Source of the DNA: an uncultured Gemmatimonadales bacterium
GTDB taxonomy: Bacteria > Gemmatimonadota > Gemmatimonadetes > Longimicrobiales > RSA9
DNA length: 64,000 nucleotides
Assembly: GCA_963708135.1 (NCBI GenBank)
Contig: OY970192.1
Span: forward strand, 1,120,001 to 1,184,000
Direction: 5' to 3'
In this document: positions 10,736 through 20,886 of the stretch, piece after piece
Layout of the letters: every line of letters starts with the position of its first letter
Position numbering within the stretch: the first letter of the stretch is position 1
Position numbers and translations under genes: made by a program
The notes under the pieces: model-generated
What the model was told of the DNA's origin: nothing
What the model saw: the letters and a program-made list of their open reading frames with translations, nothing else
Databases searched by the model: none

Positions 10736-11051
10736 GGCCGCCGCTTCCGGCGCCGCCGCGCCGCCCCGCGCGGACGAGGTCTCCGCGCACCCGGGGACGC
10801 CCGCCGCGCCCGCCCCGGAGCTCGGCCCGGAGGACCCGCTCGCCCGGGACGCCGCGCTCGAGGCCCTCGGGTGGGAGCGCCGCTTCACGGAGGGGGCGGC
10901 GCGCCTGCGCGAGAGCGTCGCCCTCTACGAGTCGCTCGGCTGGGAGGTACGCACCGAGCCGCTTGCCGCCGCCGAGCTCGCCGACGAGTGCCACGACTGC
11001 ACGCTGGCGCTCGCCCTCTTCCGGATCCTCTACGTCAGGAGGCGCGCGTGA
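10719..11051 (+). CDS. Small hypothetical CxxC protein of the benzoyl-CoA cluster
   Basis: GWERRF...LYESLGWEV...ECHDC...ILYVRR; overlaps both neighbours (GTGA coupling to had). Confidence 0.7.
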   Translation: MAFPPEAAASGAAAPPRADEVSAHPGTPAAPAPELGPEDPLARDAALEALGWERRFTEGAARLRESVALYESLGWEVRTEPLAAAELADECHDCTLALALFRILYVRRRA

Positions 11052-12067
11052 GAGCCGCCGTGTTCCACGGCGCGGGCAAGCCGCTCGCCGTCGAGGAGCT
11101 GCCTACTCCCGAGCCCGGTCCGGGCGAGGTGCGCGTGAGGGTCGCCGCGTGCGGCGTCTGCCACACCGACCTGCACTACACCGACCACGGCACGCGCACC
11201 TTCAAGGAGCCGCCGCTGGTGCTCGGCCACGAGGTGTCCGGCACGCTGGACGCCCTGGGCGCGGACGTGCGCGGCTGGTCGGAGGGCGCCCGCGTCCTGC
11301 TCCCCGCCGTCCTGACCTGCGGCCACTGCGCCGCCTGCCGCGCGGGGCGCGAGAACATCTGCGAGAACGGCGTCATGCTGGGCAACCACATCGACGGCGG
11401 CTTCGCGGAATACATCGTGGTCCCGGCCAAGGACCTGATCCCGCTGCCGGAGGAGATCCCGCTGGTGGAGGGCGCGATCATCGCCGACGCGCTGACCACC
11501 CCGTACCACGCGGTGGTGAACCGCGGCCGGGTTCGCCCCGGAGACCGCGTGCTCGTCGTCGGCTGCGGCGGCATCGGGTTGAACCTCGTGCAGATGGCCG
11601 CCGCCGTGGGCGCGCGCGTCCTCGCCGTGGACGTGAGCCCCGAGAAGCTCGAGTGGGCCCGCCGCTTCGGCGCCGAGACGATCGACGGTGCCGCGACGCC
11701 GCGCATCGACCGGGACGTGCGCGCCCGGACGGATGGCGGCGCCGACGTCGCCTTCGAGGCCGTCGGCCGCGCCGCCACCCAGGAGCAGGCCTTCGCCTCG
11801 CTCCGTACCGGCGGCCGCCTCGTCTGCGTCGGCTACAGCCCCGAGACCCTGCCGCTGAACGCCGGCCGCGTCATGTTCCGCGAGATGGAGGTGGTCGGCT
11901 CGCTCGGCTGCCGGCCCGGCGACTACCCGCGCGTCATCGAGCTCGTGCGCCAGGGCCGGCTCCGCCTGAGCGAGCTCGTCACCGCCCGCTTCCCGCTGGG
12001 CCGCATTGCCGATGCCCTCGACACGCTGCGCGCCGGCAACGGCATCCGCTCCGTCGTCGTGCCGTGA
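11048..12067 (+). CDS. had: 6-hydroxycyclohex-1-ene-1-carbonyl-CoA dehydrogenase (Zn-dependent ADH)
   Basis: CGVCHTD, GHE, CxxCxx[16 protein letters not shown]; pathway context. Confidence 0.82.
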   Translation: MRAAVFHGAGKPLAVEELPTPEPGPGEVRVRVAACGVCHTDLHYTDHGTRTFKEPPLVLGHEVSGTLDALGADVRGWSEGARVLLPAVLTCGHCAACRAGRENICENGVMLGNHIDGGFAEYIVVPAKDLIPLPEEIPLVEGAIIADALTTPYHAVVNRGRVRPGDRVLVVGCGGIGLNLVQMAAAVGARVLAVDVSPEKLEWARRFGAETIDGAATPRIDRDVRARTDGGADVAFEAVGRAATQEQAFASLRTGGRLVCVGYSPETLPLNAGRVMFREMEVVGSLGCRPGDYPRVIELVRQGRLRLSELVTARFPLGRIADALDTLRAGNGIRSVVVP

Positions 12068-12111
12068 CCGGCGCCGCCCCGGGCGGCTCGCCCCCGAACC
12101 CTGGAGTCGCC

Positions 12112-12549
12112 GTGCGGATCATCGATTCGCTCCTCGCCGAGCACGGTCTGCTCTACGCTCAGCTCGACCACCTCGAGGCGACGGTTCCCGGCGCCGACCT
12201 GCCCTCGCTGCGTGCCACGGCCGCGCTCCTGGCCGCCGCGCTCCGGGTCCACGCCGAGGCCGAGGACGAGCTCCTCTTCGCCGCCGTCCGCGACGCCACC
12301 GGCGGGCTCCCCGGCCCGCTCTCCGCCATGCACGACGACCACGACGAGATCGCCGAGGCGCTGGACGAGGTCGCCGCCGCCGACTCCGTCGAGCGCGCCA
12401 GACAGCTGCTCCTGTGGACGCTGCGCCACGCCCGCGACCACTTCGCCCGCGAGGAGCACGCCGCGTTCCCTATGGCCGAGGAGGCACTCGACCGCGTCAC
12501 GCTCGAGCGGCTCGGCGCCGAGCTGGCCCGACGCCGCGGCCTGGCCTAG
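12112..12549 (+). CDS. Hemerythrin-domain protein
   Basis: EH...HAEAEDELLF...MHDDH...HFAREEHAAFP pattern. Alternative coupled GTG start at 12064. Confidence 0.85.
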   Translation: MRIIDSLLAEHGLLYAQLDHLEATVPGADLPSLRATAALLAAALRVHAEAEDELLFAAVRDATGGLPGPLSAMHDDHDEIAEALDEVAAADSVERARQLLLWTLRHARDHFAREEHAAFPMAEEALDRVTLERLGAELARRRGLA

Positions 12550-12564
12550 TCCCCTCGCCCGCGG

Positions 12565-13833
12565 TCAGCCCTTCCTGTCCTCCGCCGCCTGGTCGGGGTG
12601 CCCGTGCCGCCGCGCGACGACGATGGTGCGCCAGAGGGCGAGCCAGCCGAGGATCGCGAGCACGCCGACGGTGGGCCACATCATCGGGTAACCCTTCACC
12701 TTCGGCATGAAGCCCTTGCCCAGGTCGATGGCGGCGCCCACCAGCATCGGCGAGAAGATGCGGCCGAAGCCGACGCTGAAGACGAACAGCCCCGTGTACT
12801 CGCCCTGGTGCCCCTCGCCCATGAGCTCGGCGAAGTAGGGGTAGGTGATGGTGACGGCGCCCGCGGCGCCGAGGCCGCCGAAGCCGAGCGCGATCCCGGC
12901 GCCGAGCGGGTGGCGCAGGAAGGTGGCCACGGAGAACGCGGCGGCCAGCACGGCGGTGCCGACCATCAGGAGCCGGCCGCGCGGCAGCTTGTCGCCGAGC
13001 TTGCCGAGCACGGCGGAGCCGATGCCGATGCCGATGACGAGGATGCCGAGGCCCTCGGATGTCTGCGCGACCGTCACGCCGAGCACCGTGGTCGAGTAGA
13101 GGAAGATGTAGGGTCGGATGCCGTCGATGGCGCCGTTCCAGAACGCGTTCGCCACCAGCAGCCATATTCCGGCCGGGTGCTTCTTCAGCTGTTTCCACAT
13201 CTGCTTGAGGCCGACGTGCCGGCGCCCGTCCTCCTCCCGGTCGCCGCCCACCCGCCGCTCCGCGAGCCAGGTCGCGCCGGTGGTGCCGAGCAGCAGCGCG
13301 GCGCCGACGAGGAACGGCAGCAGCTTGCCGATGGAGAAGAGGAGCCCGGCCGCCACGAGCCCGTACGCGAGCCCCGCCGCGCGGAAGATCCCGCGCGACC
13401 CCTGCACCCGCCCGCGCCGCTCGTCCGGCACGGAATCGAGCATGAGCGTCCAGAGCGGCGTCAGGTAGGTGTGCAGCGCGGCGAAGAAGACGAACGCCAC
13501 ACCGGCCATCATCCAGTAGCTGCCGAGGAACGGCTCGATCACCATGGCCGCGGCCATGGCGGGCGCGGCCAGGAGCAGGAACAGCATCCGGCGCCCGAAG
13601 TGGCGGGCCAGCCCGCGCGGCATCTTGTCGCTCAGGTAGCCGACCCAGAACGGCACCAGCAGCGCGAACACGCCCTCCCCGCCCACGGCGAAGCCGATCC
13701 AGAAATTCGAGGCCGCGTACTTCTGGAGCAGCAGCGGCAGCACGACGACGATCGTCGTCTGCGCGGCCGCCGCGCCCAGCTCGCCGCTGGTGAGCGCGTA
13801 CTCCCACCGGCTCCCGCCCTCCCGCTCGCTCAA
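12565..13833 (-). CDS. MFS transporter
   Basis: About 12 hydrophobic segments, GYLSD..FGRR and GKLGDKLPR motifs; TTG start after AGGAG. Confidence 0.88.
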   Translation of the reverse strand: MSEREGGSRWEYALTSGELGAAAAQTTIVVVLPLLLQKYAASNFWIGFAVGGEGVFALLVPFWVGYLSDKMPRGLARHFGRRMLFLLLAAPAMAAAMVIEPFLGSYWMMAGVAFVFFAALHTYLTPLWTLMLDSVPDERRGRVQGSRGIFRAAGLAYGLVAAGLLFSIGKLLPFLVGAALLLGTTGATWLAERRVGGDREEDGRRHVGLKQMWKQLKKHPAGIWLLVANAFWNGAIDGIRPYIFLYSTTVLGVTVAQTSEGLGILVIGIGIGSAVLGKLGDKLPRGRLLMVGTAVLAAAFSVATFLRHPLGAGIALGFGGLGAAGAVTITYPYFAELMGEGHQGEYTGLFVFSVGFGRIFSPMLVGAAIDLGKGFMPKVKGYPMMWPTVGVLAILGWLALWRTIVVARRHGHPDQAAEDRKG

Positions 13834-13971
13834 TCTCGCTCCTGTTCCGCCGTCCTCCCCGCCCCGGGTCGCGCGCGAGCCGGGGCCGGGAAGGGGAGCA
13901 ACAAGCGTTCCCTCCCCGCCCCGTCCCATGGCACCGTTCTCGCACAGCGGCCGCCACCGGGAGGAGGCCGA

Positions 13972-14532
13972 ATGATTCATCCGTGGCACGACCTGCCGCC
14001 GGGGCCGTATCCACCCGAGGAGGTCACCGTGCTGGTGGAGATCCCCGGCGGCAGCCGCAACAAATACGAGCTCGACAAGGCGATGGGGATCCTGCGGCTG
14101 GACCGGGTGCTCTACTCCCCCATGCATTACCCCGGCGACTATGGCTTCATCCCACGCACGCTCTCACCCGACGGCGACCCGTGCGACGTCCTCGTCCTCG
14201 TGAAGGAGCCCACCTTCGCGGGGTGCCTCATCGACGTGCGCCCCATCGGCATGCTGCGCATGCGCGACGCCGGCGCGCTGGACGAGAAGATCGTCGCCGT
14301 CCCGCTCCGCGACCCGCTCCAGGCCGCCTACTTCGACATCGCTGACGTGCCCCGCCACCTGCTGCGCATGATCGAGCACTTCTTCGAGGTCTACAAGCAG
14401 CTCGAGGGCCGCGGCGTCGAGGTTTTCGGCTGGGCCAAGAGCGAGGCCGCCTTCTCCGTCATCAGCGACGCGATCGACCGCTACTGGCGCGAGTTCGGCG
14501 GCCGCGGCGCCCCGGCCCCGACCGTCGGCTGA
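13972..14532 (+). CDS. ppa: Inorganic pyrophosphatase (family I)
   Basis: HPWHD, NKYELDK, YPGDYGFIPRT, DGDPCDVLV, DEKI, FFEVYK. Confidence 0.95.
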   Translation: MIHPWHDLPPGPYPPEEVTVLVEIPGGSRNKYELDKAMGILRLDRVLYSPMHYPGDYGFIPRTLSPDGDPCDVLVLVKEPTFAGCLIDVRPIGMLRMRDAGALDEKIVAVPLRDPLQAAYFDIADVPRHLLRMIEHFFEVYKQLEGRGVEVFGWAKSEAAFSVISDAIDRYWREFGGRGAPAPTVG

Positions 14533-14533
14533 C

Positions 14534-15229
14534 GTGCCCGGTTGGCTCCTCGTCCTCGCCTGGGTCTCGCTCGGCGCCGCCACCCTGTGCGCCCTCGCCA
14601 TCGCCCTGGACATCGCCGCCGGGTACCGCCAGCACATGTGGATCATGAACGCCGTCTGGCCGGTCACCGCCCTCTACGCAGGACCGCTCGCCCTCCTGGC
14701 CTACTACCGCGTGGGCCGGCTCTCCACCGAGCGGCGTGTCCGCCAGGCGAAGGCGCGCGGCGAGGAGCCGCCCTCGATGCGGAAGCCGTTCCGGCAGACC
14801 GCCGCCGTCGCCGCCACCCACTGCGGCGCCGGCTGCAGCCTCGGCGACCTCGTGGCCGAATGGCTCGTCTTCCTCGCCCCGCTCACCCTCTTCGGCCATC
14901 ACCTCTTCGGCGCCTGGGCCGTCAACTACGCGGCCGCCTACACCTTCGGTATCGCCTTCCAGTATTTCACCATCGCCCCCATGCGCGACCTCTCCCTCGG
15001 TCGCGGCATCCTGGCCGCCATGAAAGCCGACACCCTCTCCCTCTCCGCCTGGCAGATCGGCATGTACGGCTGGATGGCCATCGCCACCTTCGCCATCTTC
15101 GGCCACGAGCTCGAGCAGGACTCCCCCGTCTTCTGGTTCATGATGCAGATCGGCATGCTCGCCGGCTTCCTCACCGCCTACCCCGTGAACCGCTGGCTCC
15201 TGAAGAAAGGCCTGAAAGAACCGATGTGA
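14534..15229 (+). CDS. DUF4396 membrane protein
   Basis: HCGAGCSLGD, FQYFTIAPM, FWFMMQIGM, YPVNRWL. Confidence 0.85.
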   Translation: MPGWLLVLAWVSLGAATLCALAIALDIAAGYRQHMWIMNAVWPVTALYAGPLALLAYYRVGRLSTERRVRQAKARGEEPPSMRKPFRQTAAVAATHCGAGCSLGDLVAEWLVFLAPLTLFGHHLFGAWAVNYAAAYTFGIAFQYFTIAPMRDLSLGRGILAAMKADTLSLSAWQIGMYGWMAIATFAIFGHELEQDSPVFWFMMQIGMLAGFLTAYPVNRWLLKKGLKEPM

Positions 15230-15473
15230 CTCCTCCTCACCCCCTCCCTCCCCCCGCACTCACCCCCACCCGAATCCCCACTCTCCCCCTCCCCCTCACC
15301 CTCCCACCCCGGCGCCGGGCCAACCTGTCCCATCTCAGCCTCGCCAGCCACCTGGGGTTGGTCGCTAGAAGTTGCTGTACCGCATTGACTTGGTACCCAG
15401 CATAGCCGCGGGGATGCCGCGGGCCCGGCCTTCGCATCGCTCTTCCTCCGCGATGTCAACGGGAGGAGGTAGC

Positions 15474-16409
15474 ATGGCCCATCCCGCCAATCCCTCGATC
15501 CTCGTGGCGACGGACCTCACGGAGTCCTCGGACGCCGCGGTGGCGAGCGCCGCCGCGCTCGCGGCGCGTACGGGAGCGCCGCTGCACCTGGTGCACGCCC
15601 TCGACTTCGCGGACGCGCCGTACGCACGCGTCGAGCCGGCGCCGGCGACCTTCCAGGACCGGCTGGCCGCGGCGGACGAGGCCGTGGAGGCGCAGCTCGC
15701 GCGGGCCGCGCCTGAAGGTGCCGTCGTCGCCACGCGGGAGCTCATCCTCTATTCGCCCTGGAAGGCCATCGCGGAGCGCGCCGTGCGCGTGCGGGCGGAG
15801 CTCATCGTGCTGGGCGGTCACTGTCCGCGCGGGCTGGCGGACCGTCTGCTCGGGACGACGGCGGACCGCGTTCTGCGGCGCGCGCCGGTCCCCTGCCTGC
15901 TGGTTCGGATGCCGCTCCCGCTGCCGCTCGCGCGCGTCCTCGTGCCCGTGGACTTCTCGGCCAACGGCGCACCGGCGCTGGACGCGGCGTTCAGGTGGGC
16001 CGCGCGGCTCGGGGCGCCGGCGGCGGGCGGTCGCGCCGGCCCCGGTGCGGTGGAGCTGGTCGCGTTGCACGTCGTCTCGCCGGCCATCCGGCTTCCCGGC
16101 GGGGCGGTCGCGGAGGAGGCGGCCGGGCGCGAGCTGGCCCGGCTGGTGGAGCGCGCGCGGCTGCGCGCCGGCCGTGGCGCGGAGGCTGTATCGGTCCGGC
16201 AGGAGATCCGCTCGGGGGACGCCGCGGAAGAGATCCTGCGCCGCGCCGCGGACGGCGCGGCGGACCTCGTGGTCCTCGGAACGCACGGGCAGGGCGCGAT
16301 CGAGCGGGCGATCATCGGCAGCGTGGCGCAGGCGGTGGCGCGCGCGGCCTCCTGCGCGGTTCTGCTCACGCCTCCCTCCGGCGGGCTGCCGGGCACGGGC
16401 TCGCGCTGA
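15474..16409 (+). CDS. Tandem-domain universal stress protein
   Basis: ILVATDLTESS, LLGTTADRVLR, VLVPVDFS, VVLGTHG..IGSVA. Confidence 0.9.
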   Translation: MAHPANPSILVATDLTESSDAAVASAAALAARTGAPLHLVHALDFADAPYARVEPAPATFQDRLAAADEAVEAQLARAAPEGAVVATRELILYSPWKAIAERAVRVRAELIVLGGHCPRGLADRLLGTTADRVLRRAPVPCLLVRMPLPLPLARVLVPVDFSANGAPALDAAFRWAARLGAPAAGGRAGPGAVELVALHVVSPAIRLPGGAVAEEAAGRELARLVERARLRAGRGAEAVSVRQEIRSGDAAEEILRRAADGAADLVVLGTHGQGAIERAIIGSVAQAVARAASCAVLLTPPSGGLPGTGSR

Positions 16410-16536
16410 CGGAACCCGATGGCGCTTCGGGTGGTATGGTCTCTGCGCCCATCCGTTTGCGCGCGCGACAAAGGTGGGGCCACCGGCCACGCGGACAGGT
16501 GCCGAGCCCGCCCCGCCGGCCTCACCGGGAGGATCC

Positions 16537-17403
16537 ATGTCCACGAATGCGCAGCCTCCAGCCCGCTCCCTTCCGTTGCTGTTCGCGGCCGCGGCACTCC
16601 TGGCCGCCCCCGCGCTGCTCGCCGCGCAGAGCCCGGCGCCCGCGCGGACCGCGCCGGCCGCGTCCGCGACGTCGGCCCCGCTGCCGCCGCCTCCCGCGGA
16701 TGCGGTTCCGGCCCCAGTCGAGACTGCCCGTCACCATGACGGCGGCTTCCTCTTCGGTCGGCCGCAGGGGTACGTGACGCTGCGCGCCGGCATGACGTTC
16801 CCGCGCGCGAGCGGCCAGATCTACCAGGACCTGACGCGGCAGTTCACGCTGAGCAAGGGCGATTTCCGGACGACCGCGCTCGAGATGGACGTCGGGGTCC
16901 CGATCAACGACCGCTTCGACGCCACCTTCGGCATCGGCTACGGTCGCACGACCCGTCCCTCGGAGGACCGTGTGTACGTGGATGACAACAACCTGCCGAT
17001 CCGCCAGACCACCCGGCTCACGCGCGTGCCGCTGATGGCGGGCGTGAAGGCGTACCTCGTGCCGAATGGCCGCGAGATCGGGAGTCTGGCGTGGGTGCCC
17101 CCGCACGTTGCACCTTACGTGGCGGCGGGTGCGGGCTTCGCCTGGTACCGGCTCACGCAGCAGGGCGACTTCGTGGACTACGGCGACCTCACCATCCAGA
17201 CGGACCGGCTGAGCTCGAGCGGCTTCGCTCCGCTGGGGCAGCTCGCCGCCGGGGTGGACCTCTCGCTCTCGCCCCGCTTCGTGCTCACCGCCGAGGCGCG
17301 CTACACGCTCTCTTCCGCGTCGATGAACCAGGATTACGCGGGCTACGACAGGATCGACCTGAGCGGGCTGCAGACAACGGCCGGCCTGTCGGTACGCTTC
17401 TAG
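16537..17403 (+). CDS. Outer-membrane beta-barrel protein
   Basis: Signal peptide, amphipathic strands (PYVAAGAG, LTAEARY), C-terminal Phe (GLSVRF). Confidence 0.75.
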   Translation: MSTNAQPPARSLPLLFAAAALLAAPALLAAQSPAPARTAPAASATSAPLPPPPADAVPAPVETARHHDGGFLFGRPQGYVTLRAGMTFPRASGQIYQDLTRQFTLSKGDFRTTALEMDVGVPINDRFDATFGIGYGRTTRPSEDRVYVDDNNLPIRQTTRLTRVPLMAGVKAYLVPNGREIGSLAWVPPHVAPYVAAGAGFAWYRLTQQGDFVDYGDLTIQTDRLSSSGFAPLGQLAAGVDLSLSPRFVLTAEARYTLSSASMNQDYAGYDRIDLSGLQTTAGLSVRF

Positions 17404-17417
17404 GAAGGAGGAGGACC

Positions 17418-18740
17418 ATGCGCGATTCCCGATTCCAGCTCTCCCGCCTCGCGGGCGGCCTCGCGGCCGCGCTCCTCGCGGTGGGCACCGTCGGCGCCTC
17501 CGTCCTTTCCGCCGCGCCCGCGCCGGACGCGCGCTGGCAGCCGTGGCTCGGTTGCTGGCAGCCCGTCGCGGAACCTGGCGCCGGCGCGCAGCCGGCCGCC
17601 GGAACCGTGGTCTGCGTCGTTGCCGACGGCGATGGCGTGCGCGTGCTTTCCTACGCCGGCGGCGCGCAGGTCTCGGAGCGCCGGATCGTGGCCGATGGGC
17701 AGCCGCGGCCGGTCACGGATGATGGCTGCACCGGCACCGGCACGGCGCGCTGGTCCGAGGACGGCTTCCGCGTCTTCCTCGAGTCGGACCTCTCCTGCGG
17801 CACGCGCGGCGAGACGCGCGGCGCCGGCGTGATGGCGATCCTGCCCGGCTCGCACTGGCTGGACGCCCGCTCCGTGCTCGTGCAGGACCAGCCGCTGATG
17901 CGCGTCGAGCGCTACCGACTGGCCGGCGCGGAGGCGATGCAGACGGCCGGCGTGCCGGCGGGTCTCGTGCCCGCCGCGGCCACGCCGGAGACGCTTGCCC
18001 GCATGGCCGCCGCCTCGCCTCTCGGCACCGCGGATGTGATCGAGGCCAGCCGCGAGCTGCGCCCCGAGCTCGTGCAGGTGCTGCTGGCCGAGCGCCACGC
18101 CGGCTTCGACCTCGACGCCGCCACCCTCGAACACCTCGCGGACGCGGGCGTGCCGGGCGAGGTCACGGACCTGATGGTCGCGCTCTCGAACCCCGACCGC
18201 TTCGTCGTGGACGCCGGCTCCGGCGAGATCGCCAACACGGCGGATCTCCAGGAGGAGCAGCCCGGCCGCGAGCACGTCGCCTACGCGCCGGGCGCCCGGG
18301 TCTACACCGGCTGGGACTGCGGCGGCTTCGGCTACGATCCGTTCTGGGGCAGCCCCTACTGGGGCGCCGCGTACAGCTACGGCTACGGCTCTTCCTGTGG
18401 CTACGGCTACGGCTACGGCTACGGCTACGGCGGGTACTCGCCCTACGGCTTCGGTGGCGGCTACGGCTGGTCGCCCTACCTGCCCGGGCAGGTTATCGTC
18501 GTGCGGGGCGAGAATTCCGGCGAGTCCGGCGGCACCATGGTTCCCGGCCACGGCTACTCCCACGGCAGCGGCGGGAGCGCGAGTCGCACCGCCCACCCGC
18601 GCGGGTCCGGCGCCTCCGTCCAGGTGCCACGCGGTACGTCGTCGGGCGCGTCCTCGCACTCGGGCTCCTCGGGCGGCGGCTCCTCGAGCAGCGGCTCGGC
18701 GCCGGTGCGGCACGCGCATCCGCGCGGGAGCCACCACTAG
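17418..18740 (+). CDS. Exported hypothetical protein with Gly/Tyr-rich tail
   Basis: Strong RBS, signal peptide, WLGCW, YGYG repeats, Ser/Gly-rich C-terminus. Confidence 0.75.
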   Translation: MRDSRFQLSRLAGGLAAALLAVGTVGASVLSAAPAPDARWQPWLGCWQPVAEPGAGAQPAAGTVVCVVADGDGVRVLSYAGGAQVSERRIVADGQPRPVTDDGCTGTGTARWSEDGFRVFLESDLSCGTRGETRGAGVMAILPGSHWLDARSVLVQDQPLMRVERYRLAGAEAMQTAGVPAGLVPAAATPETLARMAAASPLGTADVIEASRELRPELVQVLLAERHAGFDLDAATLEHLADAGVPGEVTDLMVALSNPDRFVVDAGSGEIANTADLQEEQPGREHVAYAPGARVYTGWDCGGFGYDPFWGSPYWGAAYSYGYGSSCGYGYGYGYGYGGYSPYGFGGGYGWSPYLPGQVIVVRGENSGESGGTMVPGHGYSHGSGGSASRTAHPRGSGASVQVPRGTSSGASSHSGSSGGGSSSSGSAPVRHAHPRGSHH

Positions 18741-18764
18741 GCGCGGCGCGGCGGAGGCGTGCCG

Positions 18765-19865
18765 ATGACGGCGGCGCGGAACGCGCGCGGGGATAGGCGC
18801 CGGCTCGCGCTGGCCGTACTCGTCGCGCTCGGCCTCGGCGTCGGCTACGCGCTCGCCCCCTACGCCACCGGGCTCTTCGGCGCGACCATCCTCTACGTGA
18901 TGGCCGCGCCCGTGCATCGGGCACTCGCGCGCCGGCTCCCCGCCGGCTGGGCCGCGCTCCTGGTCATCCTGGCCGTGCTGCTCCTGATCCTGGTGCCGAC
19001 CCTCTGGCTGGTCAGCGTGGCAGTCGGGGAGACTCCAGGGATCCTGGCCGACCTCGGCAACGGGAACGCCCTCGCCCGCCTCCAGGCAATCCGCATCGGG
19101 CCGCTCGCCATCGGCGGCCAGCTCGCCGCGCTCGGCGGACAGCTGCTCTCCTGGGCCTCGCGCCAGGCGGTCTCCGTCTTCGGCAGCGCCACGCGCGGCA
19201 CGCTCAACCTGGTCATCGCGCTCACCGGGCTCTACTACCTGCTGCTCGAGCCGGACACGCTGTGGGAGCGCACGAAGGCGCTGCTGCCGTTCTCCGACGC
19301 CACCGCCGAGCGGCTGCGCCTGCGCTTCCACAGCATCACGGAGTCGATGCTGCTCGGCACGGCCCTCACGGCCGTGCTCCAGGGCACCGTGATCGGGCTG
19401 GCCTTCTGGGGGCTCCACATCCACAACGCCCTCTTCTGGGGCGCCGTCACCGCCCTCGCCTCGATCGTGCCCGTCGTCGGAAGCGCCCTCGTCTGGCTCC
19501 CGGCCGCCGGCATCATGGCGCTTGGCGGCCGCTACGGCGCCGCCATCGCGCTCCTCGCCATCGGCGGCATCGTCGCCGCCAACATCGACAACGTGGCGCG
19601 CCCGCTCATCTACCGCCGCGTCTCCAACCTGCACCCGATGATCACCATCGTGGGCGCCTTCGCGGGTGTCACCGTCATGGGGTTCGCCGGCGTGCTCATC
19701 GGGCCGCTCGCCATCAGCTACTTCTTCGAGCTCGTGACCGCTTACCGCGAGGAGTATGGCGCCGCCGCGGCCTCCGCCACGCCCGCGGCCCCCGCGGCCG
19801 CGCCGGTGGCCGCGGGTCGGGCCGACCCTCCCGCGCCCGCGCCGCTCGAACCCACGATCTCCTGA
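18765..19865 (+). CDS. AI-2E family transporter
   Basis: VPVVGSALVWLP, DNVARP, LHPM, FAGVLIGP. Confidence 0.9.
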   Translation: MTAARNARGDRRRLALAVLVALGLGVGYALAPYATGLFGATILYVMAAPVHRALARRLPAGWAALLVILAVLLLILVPTLWLVSVAVGETPGILADLGNGNALARLQAIRIGPLAIGGQLAALGGQLLSWASRQAVSVFGSATRGTLNLVIALTGLYYLLLEPDTLWERTKALLPFSDATAERLRLRFHSITESMLLGTALTAVLQGTVIGLAFWGLHIHNALFWGAVTALASIVPVVGSALVWLPAAGIMALGGRYGAAIALLAIGGIVAANIDNVARPLIYRRVSNLHPMITIVGAFAGVTVMGFAGVLIGPLAISYFFELVTAYREEYGAAAASATPAAPAAAPVAAGRADPPAPAPLEPTIS

Positions 19866-20143
19866 AGGGGCGCGGGGCGCCGCGCGCGCGACTCCGTGGG
19901 CGGCGCCCCCGCCGCGATCCGGGCGGCCAGCCGCTACGCGCGCGAAAGCGCCCCGCGGGCGCGGTCGGGCCGTCTCATCCTGTCCCGTCCGCACCTGCCG
20001 CGGGCGATGTCAGGATGCCATAAGCACCACCCGTGCGGTATATGGCCGTGGACGAAGCCGGATGTCGGCTCGGCCGCGCCGGAGCCGGGTGGAGCGCCGG
20101 AGAGCAGCGGGGCGTCGTCGCCTTCAGCGTGGAGGGAAATCCG

Positions 20144-20815
20144 ATGAGCAGCATGTCCGGCGAGCTGGGCCACGCGACCAGCTATCCAGTGGACGTCCTC
20201 GTCGTGCCGGCGGTGCACGAGAGGAACCGGCTCACGACGGCGTTCCGCCCGATCCTCGCCCTGCCGCACCTCGTGCTGGTGGGCGGCCCGATCGTCAGCG
20301 GCCTCGCCTGGCGCTGGACCGGCGAGCACGGCAGCATTACCGGGGTCGGCGCCGGCGGCGTGCTCGGCGCCGCCGCCGTGGTGGGGTCGGTCATCGCGTG
20401 GTTCGCCATCCTGTTCACCGGCCGCTATCCGCCCGGGCTGTGGAGCCTGGCCGCCCTCTACCTGCGCTGGCGGGTCCGTGCCGTGGCGTACATGATGCTG
20501 CTGCGGGACGAGTTTCCGCCCTTCGGCGACGGCTCGTATCCGACCTCGCTCGAGCTCGAGCCGCCCGACGCGCCCCGCGACCGGCTGAGCGTCGCGTTCC
20601 GGGTGATCCTCGCGCTGCCGCAGGTGCTCGTGGTCTGGGCGCTCGGCATCGGCTGGGTGATCGGCACGGTGCTCGCCTGGTTCGCGATCGTCTTCACGGG
20701 CACCTACCCGCGCGGGCTCTACGACTTCGGCGTGGGCGTGCTCCGCTGGAGCACCCGCGTCGAGGCGTACCTGCTGCTGCTGCGCGACGAGTACCCGCCG
20801 TTCTCGCTGGCGTAG
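20144..20815 (+). CDS. DUF4389 membrane protein
   Basis: Twice-repeated FR.ILALP...WFAI.FTG.YP.GL...LLRDE.PPF. Confidence 0.85.
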   Translation: MSSMSGELGHATSYPVDVLVVPAVHERNRLTTAFRPILALPHLVLVGGPIVSGLAWRWTGEHGSITGVGAGGVLGAAAVVGSVIAWFAILFTGRYPPGLWSLAALYLRWRVRAVAYMMLLRDEFPPFGDGSYPTSLELEPPDAPRDRLSVAFRVILALPQVLVVWALGIGWVIGTVLAWFAIVFTGTYPRGLYDFGVGVLRWSTRVEAYLLLLRDEYPPFSLA

Positions 20816-20886
20816 GGTCGTGGCGGCGGCTCCCCCCGGCCGGCGGGCCGACGGGGTCCTGGACGACTGCCCTGGAGGAGATCGAC

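Noticed and set aside
16432..16447. Sigma54-like TGGTATGGTCTCTGCG upstream of the beta-barrel gene
   Set aside because: GG-N10-GC spacing fits, but the flanks match weakly and chance hits are likely at this GC content.
18340..18480. GGCTAC hexamer repeats
   Set aside because: Explained by the coding Gly-Tyr tract of the exported protein.
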